NCBI GenBank assembly: GCA_032718475.1
Contig: JAUCBJ010002425.1
Coordinates: forward strand, 1 to 64,000
Source: Nemertoderma westbladi
Lineage: Eukaryota; Animalia; Xenacoelomorpha
DNA: 64,000 nt
Direction: 5' to 3'
Below the pieces are notes generated by a model. The model saw nothing but the letters and a program-made list of their open reading frames with translations. It made no database searches and was not told where the DNA came from. Made by a program: the position numbers and the translations under genes. Shown in pieces: positions 50,202-60,763 of the stretch. Every line of letters begins with the position of its first letter. Positions within the stretch are counted from its first letter, which is position 1.

Positions 50202-50520
50202 AATTGAATTGTTTGGGTTTAAGAGGTTGGGCGTTGTTTGGGATAAGATTGTTTTTGTTAGGAGGTTAGGTGTTGTTTGGGTTAGTTATTTACAATTACT
50301 ATTTACCCATCCACCTAATAGTGGCATTAAACAGATTCTTCGCCAACTACGTGGGTCGCCCCACACCTGCTACATTGGAACTATATTCGCTTCCATTGGA
50401 ACTAAATACGCTTGCATCGGAACTAAGTTCGCATCCATTGGAACTAAGTTCGCATCCATTGCAACTAAATTCGCATGCATTGGAATTAAATTCGTTTTCG
50501 TTTTTGTCTAGTTATTGGAA

Positions 50521-50690
50521 CAAGGTGTACTAAATACTGTAACAGGTCATGCAGCGAGCGGATTGCTGAAATTAGCAGAGGCCGATCTTTCTCTATTTAT
50601 GGCACTTTTTTCATAATATTTCCTTAGAAACTTCTTATATGGTACTTTTGTTAGGTGGATATGATGACTATAGGGTTCATAGAAATGCAG
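50521..50690 (+). repeat. Dispersed ~170-bp repeat, second copy at ~62562-62723
   Basis: CAAGGTGTACTAAATA...GCAGCGAGCGGATTGCTGAAATTAGC...GGGTTCATAGAAATG occurs at both loci. Confidence 0.85.
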
Positions 50691-51593
50691 GGTTTTTTTT
50701 GAAAATTTGTTGATGGCGCTGTCGGCGCCATCGATCAAACTTTCTAAGGCACCATAGACAATACTACCACTACTAGGACTAACGTCATACAAAGGTATTC
50801 CAGTATTCCAATATCAAAAACAATACTGCAATATACTGATATAGGACATTTCAAAGTTAATAGGCTTACCTGCCTGCCAGCCTACTGGCAGACTGGCCTA
50901 GCTGCCTAGGCTACTGTAATATGCAGTGCACTATACTGCTATACACTATACCAGTATACCTGTCAGCCTGTCTGCCTGTCAGAGCTGTACAGCTGTAGGT
51001 ATACTATACAGCTACAGACTGACAGAGCTAGTACCGTACTGCAGTACTGGACTGGTACTGTCAGACTGTAACTGTAGTAATGGCAAATGGATATACTGAT
51101 ATAACTAACTAGGCGTAGGCCTACACAACTATAGTTCAGTAGTTCAGTAGGCCTAGTTCAGTAGTTAGATAGTACAGTAGTCAGGTAGTACATCTGTATA
51201 GCTGTATATTAGGCCTACCCGCTACCCCTACAGCCCTACATACAGTACAGCAGTAAAAACATGTAACCAATCTCTGAATCTGGCTGTCTCGGCACCAACA
51301 CAGTTTATTTGTACCGTCAACTCACACATTCACACACAATTCAGCAATTGAATCATTCATTAGGCAGTTAGGCCTAATATTTGTTAAGCAGTCAAAAGAC
51401 AAAACATTAAATAAATTAATATGGCAGTATGCGGGCGAATGCGAATAGACTTGGCTGCTTGGTCTGTCAACTGTTGGAAGGTCTGAAGGTGGATACATGA
51501 CCGAACGTAATCAGTTTCTGATCGAATGTAACATACGGTAGTTATTACGTATCGAACGTAACTGCAATTATGTTGTTGAACTGTTGGATCTTA

Positions 51594-53503
51594 CAGTCAG
51601 TGAGAAGTCAAAAATTGGACTTCAAGTCCAATTTTAGACTTCAAGTCCAATTTTAGACTTCAAGTCCAATTTTGGACTCCAAAGTCCAATATTGGACTTT
51701 AGTACAACTCCAAGTGTACCCATGCTGCCATACTGTATATCGGTATTTCAGTATTTCAATCAAAACTGCATCCTGTATCAGTACCGGTACATATATATTA
51801 CATAATTACAATGCAACATCATTTTAATGATCAAATTAATTATTATAAGTATTATAAGCTGATAAGCAGGGATCGCAGATCGCACACGTACAGTCAGACA
51901 TCAGTAGTTACTTTTTGCGGTAGTGGTATGGCTTTGCAGTAGCCTTATGCCTTACTAGGCAGCTAGGCCTACCTTAATGGTGTATACCGCGGTAGCGAGT
52001 TTTAGCTGTATAGTTCATTCATACCCATACCTGTGGTATTTTCGTATGGCAAAAATAAGACTACTGTAAACTGTAACCTAATATGTTATTGAGTTAATGT
52101 TTATTGACTAATTGTTTTGATTAGGTTCACTGTTTGACTGACAGGCTGTGTCAAGTAGGCCTACAATGCACACATCTCCAACCAGACACTATATAACATT
52201 GGAGTTGGAGGTGTCTCATTAGTTCCCCCAAGCTTGACACTAGAACAAAGCCGCCTCCGCTTTGCAGGACATTGCTTTCGCCCTGAGGACCAGCCTGTGC
52301 ACCTCATGGAGTAAATAAGCATGGTGGACAGCCCATGACTTTCTTGAGACGCATCTTTCTTACTGTCTCAAAGGACACTGGCCTTGAAGATGCGGATGAT
52401 CTAGCAAATGTCATGGGTGATAAGGCTGTAAGAGTGTAAGGGAGTTGTGGAGGCGTTAATAGGGCCTATATACAGATATATATAATGCAGCTGCAATGCA
52501 GCATGCCGATTGCTGGATTGTAGTTAGTAGTATGTGGTGATAGGGCTCCTTCAATTGGTAAAGTCAAAGTGGCCGTTTATTGTATAAGTTAGAAAAGCCT
52601 GCCTCTGTATCTGTAACCTGTTCCTTTCCCTCAATTGGTTTATGACGTGTGTTACTTCTGTACTTATTATGTCTGTATGTGGAAACCCCAACACGTTAAT
52701 CAGTTAATCCCCTTTCATTATCCAGCCGTTTTAAAATACCCTTCCTGTTGTATGGAAAAATTAGAAGAGATGGTGGTAGCATCAACTTGTAGTATTTCTT
52801 TCTGATAGGGCTCCCATATCGTAGATTGTACTGTGTACTGTCAGACTGTAGTTAGCCTTAGCAGCAGCTGCAGTTGGCAAACCTGACATTGCTACCAGTT
52901 TCCACCAAATATAATTTGTAATTAAATATTTCTTGGAGCATAATCTAATCTAGTCCTAAAGACTTTAAAGTCCTGGGTACATAATGCTGTAAGGTTAGAC
53001 ATAACATGAATGTAAACTAAACAATATGCTAAAAGTAAAGTACAAAGTACCTAGAATGCTAGAATGTACCATTATATTCTAAGTACAGTACACTGAAGAT
53101 ACATACAGAGCTGCAAAGGTAACTTTCCATAACTTAATAGCTGTCTGGCTGTCTATCATCTGTTATGATTCATGTATATTTAAGTTTGATTGTCAATGTC
53201 GCGTCCAAAATTGGACTTAAACAGTTAAAGTCCAATATTGGACTTTTGTAAAAATTCAAAGCCTTATAAAAAAAGTTCCCCCTGGTGAATTTCAGGTCCC
53301 CCTGTTCAAATTCAAAACTCTTATTTTTTGATATATTTTCGATTAAAAAAAAAAAATCCCGCCCGATCCAATTACCCAAGGCCCTGGAACAATTGGCTGA
53401 TATGAAGTCCAATATTGGACTCGCAGAAGTCCAATTTTGGACTTGAACTGGAGTCTAAGTCCAATTTTGGACTCAAGTCCAATTTTTGACTTCTCACCGA
53501 CTG
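51594..53503. mobile_element. TIR element with 5-bp TSD, nested in an older foldback element (~51499-54087)
   Basis: TIR CAGTC(A/G)GTGAGAAGTCAAAAATTGGACTT; TSD TCTTA at 51589-51593 and 53504-53508; subterminal AAGTCCAAT(A/T)TTGGACT palindromes. Outer TIR is GACCGAACGTAATCAG. Confidence 0.85.
52165..52460 (+). pseudogene. RTE-like LINE 3' fragment
   Basis: Translates to HISNQTLY...RLRFAGHCFRPEDQPV...KDTGLEDADDLANVMGD, with frameshifts. Confidence 0.65.
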
Positions 53504-54332
53504 TCTTACTGTCTTATACTGTTATAACTAGGCCTATGTTACATTGGATCTACAAATTACTAAGCTCGAATGCAGGAATGTAACATTGCCATTTACAGAT
53601 TTAAAGGAGCAGGTTACAGACTGACAGAGGCGGATGCGTGGTGTTGGGGGAACCAAAACAATAAACGAAAGTTAGCACATGTTACAAGATTATGCAGGTT
53701 ACTTTTATTTAAAGGCTGAAAGGAGCAGGTTACAGAGGCGTGTTGGTGGAACCAAAACAATAAACGAAATAACTTTCGTTTATTGTTTTGGTTCCAGAAA
53801 TGTTACAAGATTATGCAGGTTACTTAATTGGGTATTGTGTCTTTGTTTTGTACTCACCAACACCAAACTGTTTCTTCCTGTAAATAAACGAAGCATCTCA
53901 TCGGTTAACTCCTGAAATCAAAACACAACTGGAAATAAATGTATGTTACATTCGAGCTTAGTAATTCTGTAATTTGTAACATAGTAGGTCTATAGGATCA
54001 GGATCCAATGTAACATAATTGAGGTTAGGTACCGTACGTTCGATTCGTAAAAACTATGTTACATTTGATCCTGATTACGTTCGGTCTGTCACCCTCGGAA
54101 GGTGGGGCGAATCGGTCAACTGACAAAGTCGATTGGCCCAAGTCCATATTCCCCTAAAATCTGCGGCGAAAATAATTGTGCCGAATAGGTCGAGGCAGCG
54201 AGGGGCGAATCACTCGCACCCGGCCTACGCGCTACGCCTACCTCTATCAGTTGTCATTGTCAGTCTGTCCACTGTCTGTCACGTCAGTCTGTTCGCTGTA
54301 GCTACCTATTCATCAGTTCATATTACATCGTT

Positions 54333-54773
54333 ATGCAGTCTCCTGGGTTCTCTGTTCCACGATCAGGATTAATGCAAAATCGAGAAGCTCAGCTCAAAAC
54401 GTATTCCCGAAGACTTAAAGACGACATTCGCTCAATTTTGGACAACTACAGTGAAATATTGAAACTAACTAAAGTACAAGAGGATAATCAGGTTAACCGA
54501 ACAACCCAACAGCAGGAAGAATTATACGAAACGCAGGTTCGTTCTTCTAACATCGTCCGCGCTTGTGAATCGCTCATAAAACTCATATCTGATCTCAAAC
54601 AGTATCTGATTCTTAACGACTTTACCTCGGTAAACGAAGCAATTGCCAACAGTAACCACAGACTTAGAACCACTCAAGCGGAGTACGACAGCAAACTGAG
54701 TCAGTTACGGGAGGAATTATCCATGGATTTGTACGAACTTGAGGAAGAGTGGTACAGTTCGCGGCATAAATGA
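54333..54773 (+). CDS. MED22: Mediator of RNA polymerase II transcription subunit 22, intronless
   Basis: RRLKDDIRSILDNYSEI, QVRSSNIVRACESLIKLISDLKQYLILNDF, DLYELEEEWYSS. Confidence 0.95.
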   Translation: MQSPGFSVPRSGLMQNREAQLKTYSRRLKDDIRSILDNYSEILKLTKVQEDNQVNRTTQQQEELYETQVRSSNIVRACESLIKLISDLKQYLILNDFTSVNEAIANSNHRLRTTQAEYDSKLSQLREELSMDLYELEEEWYSSRHK

Positions 54774-54789
54774 ATTGTTTGATAGGGGA

Positions 54790-55759
54790 ATGGAGACGAT
54801 TACTAGAATCGTTATAGACGAGATCGCATTGGAGGGGTTGGATGGGATAACCCTGGAGACTTTATGGAATCGGCTCGACGCTAGAGACGATAAATTACCT
54901 TGTGGGAAGGTTAACGAGAGAATTAAGGAACTAGTTTGGGAGATCGTGGTTCACCACAAAGACGTTGATTTCTACCAACTACCTGAACCACGGCAGACTC
55001 TCGTACCGCTCACTAGATTTGGAACGGGTGGAATGTTCGTTGAGACTTCCTCCAAACAATCCATCGAGATCTACCCGATATCTATCTCTAACGAGCTGGA
55101 CGTCTGGGGTTCCTGCAGTTCTCTGGACACAAGAGTCGATGTATCAGAGGCGGTTCGCGTTGCTACGTTCCCCACTGTTCTCAAACAGTTTGGGAACTCT
55201 TTGGTTCTCGTCGCGACACAACAGCGAAGGTTCGTTGCTTTGCTAGGTGACAACGTAGAGTATCTTTCCCGCGCCGAGGAACTAACTCCTGTGAAGTACT
55301 GCGTTCTGGAATGGATCTCCCGTATGCGAACCAACGGGGAACTAAACCACACGGTCTACGCCAAACTCTTTCCAATGGACCCCAAATCGTTGTTCCACGT
55401 CTTAAAGAAGTTCGTCGAATGGAAACTCGTAGTAAAGAGTCGAGGTATGTCCTTCTCTATGGACGGGACTCGTTGTGGTCACATAGTTACCTTGGTAACT
55501 CGAACTCGTTTCTACCGGCCATTCATCAGCAGGAGCGATATAATATCCGAGAAGATCTCCAACTTCCTGTTGACGCAACCCAATAAGTCGGGGCGACGAG
55601 TCGATATATTCAAAGCGGTGGTGGATCGCGATACCTCCCAGAAGGAGATTAAGAACATGGTGGAGACGTTGAGTCGAACTAAGTACCTCATCCATGGGAA
55701 GTCCGCGATTCCACGCAAATCCAAACTGCCAAAGAAGAATAAAGATGTAGTAATCCAAG
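54790..55759 (+). CDS. GTF3C1: General transcription factor IIIC subunit 1 (B-box binding), first coding exon; the rest is not found in the window
   Basis: METITRIVIDEIALEGLDGITLETLWNRL matches the TFIIIC220 N-terminus (DEVALEGLDG...LW.RL); also VWGSC, LVATQQRRFVALLG and YCVLEWISRMRTNGEL. Donor-like CAAG|GTGGGT lies just before the ORF stop at 55767. Confidence 0.88.
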
Positions 55760-56329
55760 GTGGGTGATTCAAACCTAGTTCTTTAGTCCCAGGAAATCTA
55801 ACTTGAAATCCAACTGAACTCACCGAAGGCTATAAGCAGTAAGGCTTGCAAATCTTTACCCCACAGCGCCTTTCATACTAACCACAACCAGCACTGACAG
55901 TTTGCAGTAGATTAAAATATTTACTTATTAAATGTATTATTGTCAAAAATATAATTGTGATTCCGACCCATTTGAAAATAATAATTATTTATTAGTAGGT
56001 ATAGATAGTAACGGGGTCTTTACACTATGCGGAAAATCAAGCCGCTTAATAATAGATTAATTCGCGTTTATAAACGTTAATTAAATCAAATATTAATTCA
56101 AAAATAAATTAAATCAAAATCATAACAAAAAGTATATAGTAGTACTGTAAGTATATATTCTTATGTATTCTTCTGTGAAGAACCTGCGAAAGATCAGTTT
56201 CCCGCAGGAACCTGATCGATCAACCTAATTCAAAGATCAGGTTCCCACTACAGTTTCCCTATCCAACAAAGATTTTACTGATGTGTCCGATAATGTTCCT
56301 CCCATCCGCCGTGCATATTTGTGCAGAAC

Positions 56330-56760
56330 TACACAAGCTTTAACAGCATTCTCCGGGTATTTGGGTGGCATTTGTATTGGCTGAAAAAATAATCAAAAAA
56401 ATAATTTAATATATAATAAATATGGGCGTAAGTAGACCAAACGCATTCTCGATCACTCGTCTGGCTCGAGACAATCGGTAGTCGTACACTCACTGATAGC
56501 GCAGAAGATTTGATCCGGGTGGTGGGGGTTTCATCGCCCACCAAAACATGCTCAAATTCACCTTGACCATGTACGATAGTCTACGGAGAGGTAAGACCGA
56601 TGGTTCCACTAAATAGTGCTTCTAGAGTACAAGAACAGAAAATTCCTGCGTCATTCAGTGAGCTATAATTTCCAATACCAACTATTATAGTGGAATAGTA
56701 ATATCCATCACAGGCAGCCAACAACACAACACTGTAGAACCCTTTGTAGTTATAGTTTAT
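56330..56760 (-). pseudogene. PIF/Harbinger transposase (DDE_Tnp_4-type) relic; candidate TIRs at ~56013-56045 and ~59992-60022
   Basis: YNYKGFYSVVLLAACD...GNYSSLNDAGIF, HVLVGDE and YRLSRARRVIENAFGLL in broken frames. Confidence 0.85.
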
Positions 56761-57150
56761 AGTTGTCGTATAGTTATAGTATAACACTAATATAAACTGT
56801 TTCTAGAGTGTACATATGAAAATGGTGCAAAATTGAAACATTGCATACGTTTACATTTTATTATTGATAGTAACAATGTGTTGGCAAGCTGTATTTATCG
56901 AGGTGTTTGTTATTATACATTTATTATAGGAAGGGATCTAGGGGTTTTAACCTCGAATGATTAGTTTATTTTACCGAAAATAACTTATCCTTTATTGGCG
57001 CAATTGTAGGACTAATCCCATCACATGCGTACTTTTTAACCGGGTAGTGTACAACTTTAGGAATCGCGTAATTTTTAATTACACGTAAAATTACGCGATT
57101 CCTAAATTTGTACACTACCCGGTTAATAAGTACGCATGTGATGGGATTAG

Positions 57151-59468
57151 TACGGAAGCCCATAGCGGCCAGGGCACAAACATTAATGAGGGGCACATTA
57201 ATGAGGGACACAAACATTAATGAGGGACACAAACATTAATGAGGGACTGGGACACAAACATTAATGAGGGACACAAACATTAATGAGGGACACAAACATT
57301 AATGAGGGACACAAACATTAATGAGGGACACACATTAATGAGGGACACAAACATTAATGTGGGACACAAACATTAATGGGGGACACAAACATTAATGAGG
57401 GACACAAACATTAATGAGGGACACACATTAATGAGGGACACAAACATTAATGTGAGACACAAACATTAATGAGGGGCACATTAATGAGGGACACAAACAT
57501 TAATGAGGGACACAAACATTAATGAGGACCACAAACATTAATGAGGGACACAAACATTAATGAGGGACACACATTAATGAGGGACACAAACATTAATGTG
57601 AGACACAAACATTAATGAGGGGCACATTAATGAGGGACACAAACATTAATGAGGGACACAAACATTAATGAGGGACACAAACATTAATGTGGGACACAAA
57701 CATTAATGAGGGGCACATTAATGAGGGACACAAACATTAATGAGGGACACAAACATTAATGAGGACCACAAACATTAATGAGGACCACAAACATTAATGA
57801 GGGACACAAACATTAATGAGGGACACAAACATTAATGAGGGACACAAACATTAATGAGGGACACAAACATTAATGAGGGACACACATTATGAGGGACACA
57901 AACATTAATGTGGGACACAAACATTAATGAGGGACACACATTAATGAGGGACACAAACATTAATGAGGGACACAAACATTAATGGGGGACACAAACATTA
58001 ATGAGGGACACAAACATTAATGAGGGACACAAACATTAATGAGGGACACAAACATTAATGAGGGACACAAACATTAATGAGGGACACAAACATTAATGAG
58101 GGATATTCCCTCACATCCCGCACATATTCATATATGTGTATATAATATGTATATATTCATATATAATCACACAAGCTGTGGCCCGAAGGGCCACAGGCTT
58201 TCTAGTTCAATATAAATCCGGTGAGGTAGAAATAGTTTTGATGCATTTGTGGTATAAGTTTCTGTGATGGAACTTGTAAGCATATGTGTGATTTGAAAGG
58301 TTTTTATACTTTAAGTAAATAAATGAGTAAATGGGTTTGTAAGAATATGTGTGGCCCCTAGACATAGACAAATTATTAAGGTGTCTATTAACTATTAAGG
58401 TGTCACTCATTAATGTTTGTGTACCTCATTAATGATTGTGTCCCTCATTAATGTTTGTGTCCCTAATTATTGTGTGTCCCTCGTTAATGTTTGTGTCCCT
58501 TATTAATGTGTCTCCCTGATTAATGTTTGTGCCCCTTATTAATGTGTGTCGTCATTAATGTTTGTGTCCCTCATTAATGTTTGTGTCCCTCATTAATGTG
58601 TGTCCCTCATTAATGTTTGTGCCCCTCATTAATATGTGTCCCTCATTAATGTTTGTGTCCCTCATTAATGTTTGTATCCCTCATTAATGTTTGTGCCCCT
58701 TATTAATGTGTGTCCCTGATTAATGTTTGTGTCTCTCATTAATGTTTGTGTCCCTCATTAATGTTTGTGTCCCTCATTAATGTTTGTACCCCTTATTAAT
58801 GTGTGTCCCTGATTAATGTTTGTGTCCCCCATTAATGTTTGGACCCTCATTAATGTTTGTGTCCCTCATTAATGTTTGTGTCCCTCATTAATGTTTGTGC
58901 CCCTTATTAATGTTTGTGTCCCTCATTAATGTTTGTGTCCCCCATTAATGTTTGGACCCTCATTAATGTTTGTGTCCCTCATTAATGTTTGTGTCCCTCA
59001 TTAATGTTTGTGTCCCTCATTAATGTTTGTGTCCCCCATTAATGTTTGGACCCTCATTAATGTTTGTGTCCCTCATTAATGTTTGTGTCCCTCATTAATG
59101 TTTGTGTCCCTTATTAATGTTTGTGTCCCTCATTAATGTTTGTGTCCCCCATTAATGTTTGGACCCTCATTAATGTTTGTGTCCCTCATTAATGTTTGTG
59201 TCCCTCATTAATGTTTGTGTCCCTCATTAATGTTTGTGTCCCTCATTAATGTTTGTACCCCTTATTAATGTGTGTCCCTGATTAATGTTTGTGTCCCTCA
59301 TTAATGTTTGTGTCCCTCATTAATGTTTGTGCCCCTTATTAATGTTTGTGTCCCTCATTAATGTTTGTGTCCCCCATTAATGTTTGGACCCTCATTAATG
59401 TTTGTGTCCCTCATTAATGTTTGTGTCCCACATTAATGTTTGAGTCCTGGCCGCTATGGGCTTCCGTA
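57151..59468. mobile_element. Foldback element with TAC...GTA termini and 6-bp TSD (IS3EU-like), built from two opposed 19-bp minisatellite arrays
   Basis: TIR TACGGAAGCCCATAGCGGCCAGG; TSD GATTAG at 57145-57150 and 59469-59474; the empty site is visible in the paralogous host copy at ~59876-59895. Arrays of GAGGGACACAAACATTAAT at 57172-58102 and, reversed, at 58403-59446. Confidence 0.9.
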
Positions 59469-59749
59469 GATTAGTCCTACAATTGCGCCAATAAAGGATA
59501 AGTTATTTTCGGTAAAATATACTTATCATTCGAGGTTAAGACCCCTAGATCCCTTCCTATAATAAATTTATAATAACAAACACCTCGAAAAATACAGCTT
59601 GCCAACACATTGTTACTATCAATAATAAAAAATCAGGGGCTAATAAAAATGGCCGCTGGCTTTGAAATTAATACTCCATATCTCAAGAACCTGTGGCCTA
59701 GTGGTTGTTGTCTCGGCTTCTACCTCGAGGTCCCAGGTTCGAATCCGAC

Positions 59750-59792
59750 ACCACGCTGATGAGACCCGGTAAGGTCGAAACGCGTACGTGGT
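59750..59792 (+). ncRNA. Minimal type I hammerhead ribozyme directly downstream of a tRNA-like Pol III promoter
   Basis: ACCACG-CTGATGA-GACC(CGGTAA)GGTC-GAAA-CGCG-TA-CGTGGT; A box 59694-59704, B box 59736-59746. Confidence 0.85.
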
Positions 59793-60763
59793 TTGGAGAG
59801 ATATGAGATATTAATTTCAAGAAAAATTACGCGATTCCTAAATTTGTACACTACTCGGTTAAATAGTACCAATGTGATGGGATTAGTCCTACAATTGCGC
59901 CAAGAAAAGATAAGTTATTTTCGGTAAAATAAACTAATCATTCGAGGTTAAGACCCCTAGATCCCTTCCTTTACATTTTATAGTATGATTTGCGGCTTGT
60001 ATTTCGCTTAGTGTGAAAGGCCTTTTCAAAAACAGCTTTGATTCAATAAGATTCAAGCGAAGCGGAACGGATTTGCTCTCAGGCAATTCCGCTTGAACCG
60101 TTCTTACTGACTGCCGCTTGGCCTTGGATGCCATTTACCTTCCCGCATAGTGTGAAGGAAGGGGTATTTACAATCTACTTGCAAGCGACTTAATTTTTCT
60201 TAAGTGAATTGCAAGCGGATTGACAATCCGCTTGAATTCCGTTTAGTGGGAAGGCCCAGTAAAGAACTCATATCACATCAGACTTAGTAAAGGCTCCACC
60301 CTATGACCCAGTTAGAAATTTTTATATGACTGAGAGGTGGTCGTAGCGTCATGGGATCAGAGTCTACAACCAATATATCAAGTATAAAGAACAGTATGCA
60401 CTATTTTTCAATTTTAGTTGCCATGGCAACTGGTAATTTTTAACTAGAAACGAGCTATATATTAGCCGTAGCGTCATTAAATCATCCTCCACCCCACTTT
60501 ATCGATTATAAGGAAAAACATGCAATATATTTTGCATTCTAAATGCCATGGCAACTCATTAGAATTGTTGACTTAGTGTTAGACATGAGAACTGCAGGCG
60601 GATTAACCTCCTTTGAAGAAAGATACAGATGATGTTCTAGTACACATCTGCCACGTTATAGCTTAAACGGATCAAAAGCAAAGAAATCGAGAACATTTAA
60701 TGATTAGACATGTAGCCCCCTGCGGCTGACAGATTACATGTAGAAATCTGTCTGTATACAAAG

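Noticed and set aside
54739-54789. GTF3C1 start at the ORF-track position 54739
   Set aside because: That codon is TTG; homology to TFIIIC220 begins at ATG 54790.
59691-59750. Functional tRNA genes here and at 46462-46530 and 43050-43135
   Set aside because: A and B boxes are present, but no convincing acceptor stem or anticodon arm; treated as tRNA-derived promoters.
60417-60431. Perfect X-box GTTGCCATGGCAAC (also ~62486, with variants at ~62759 and ~63984)
   Set aside because: Embedded in repeat sequence far from any gene start; no support for a regulatory role.
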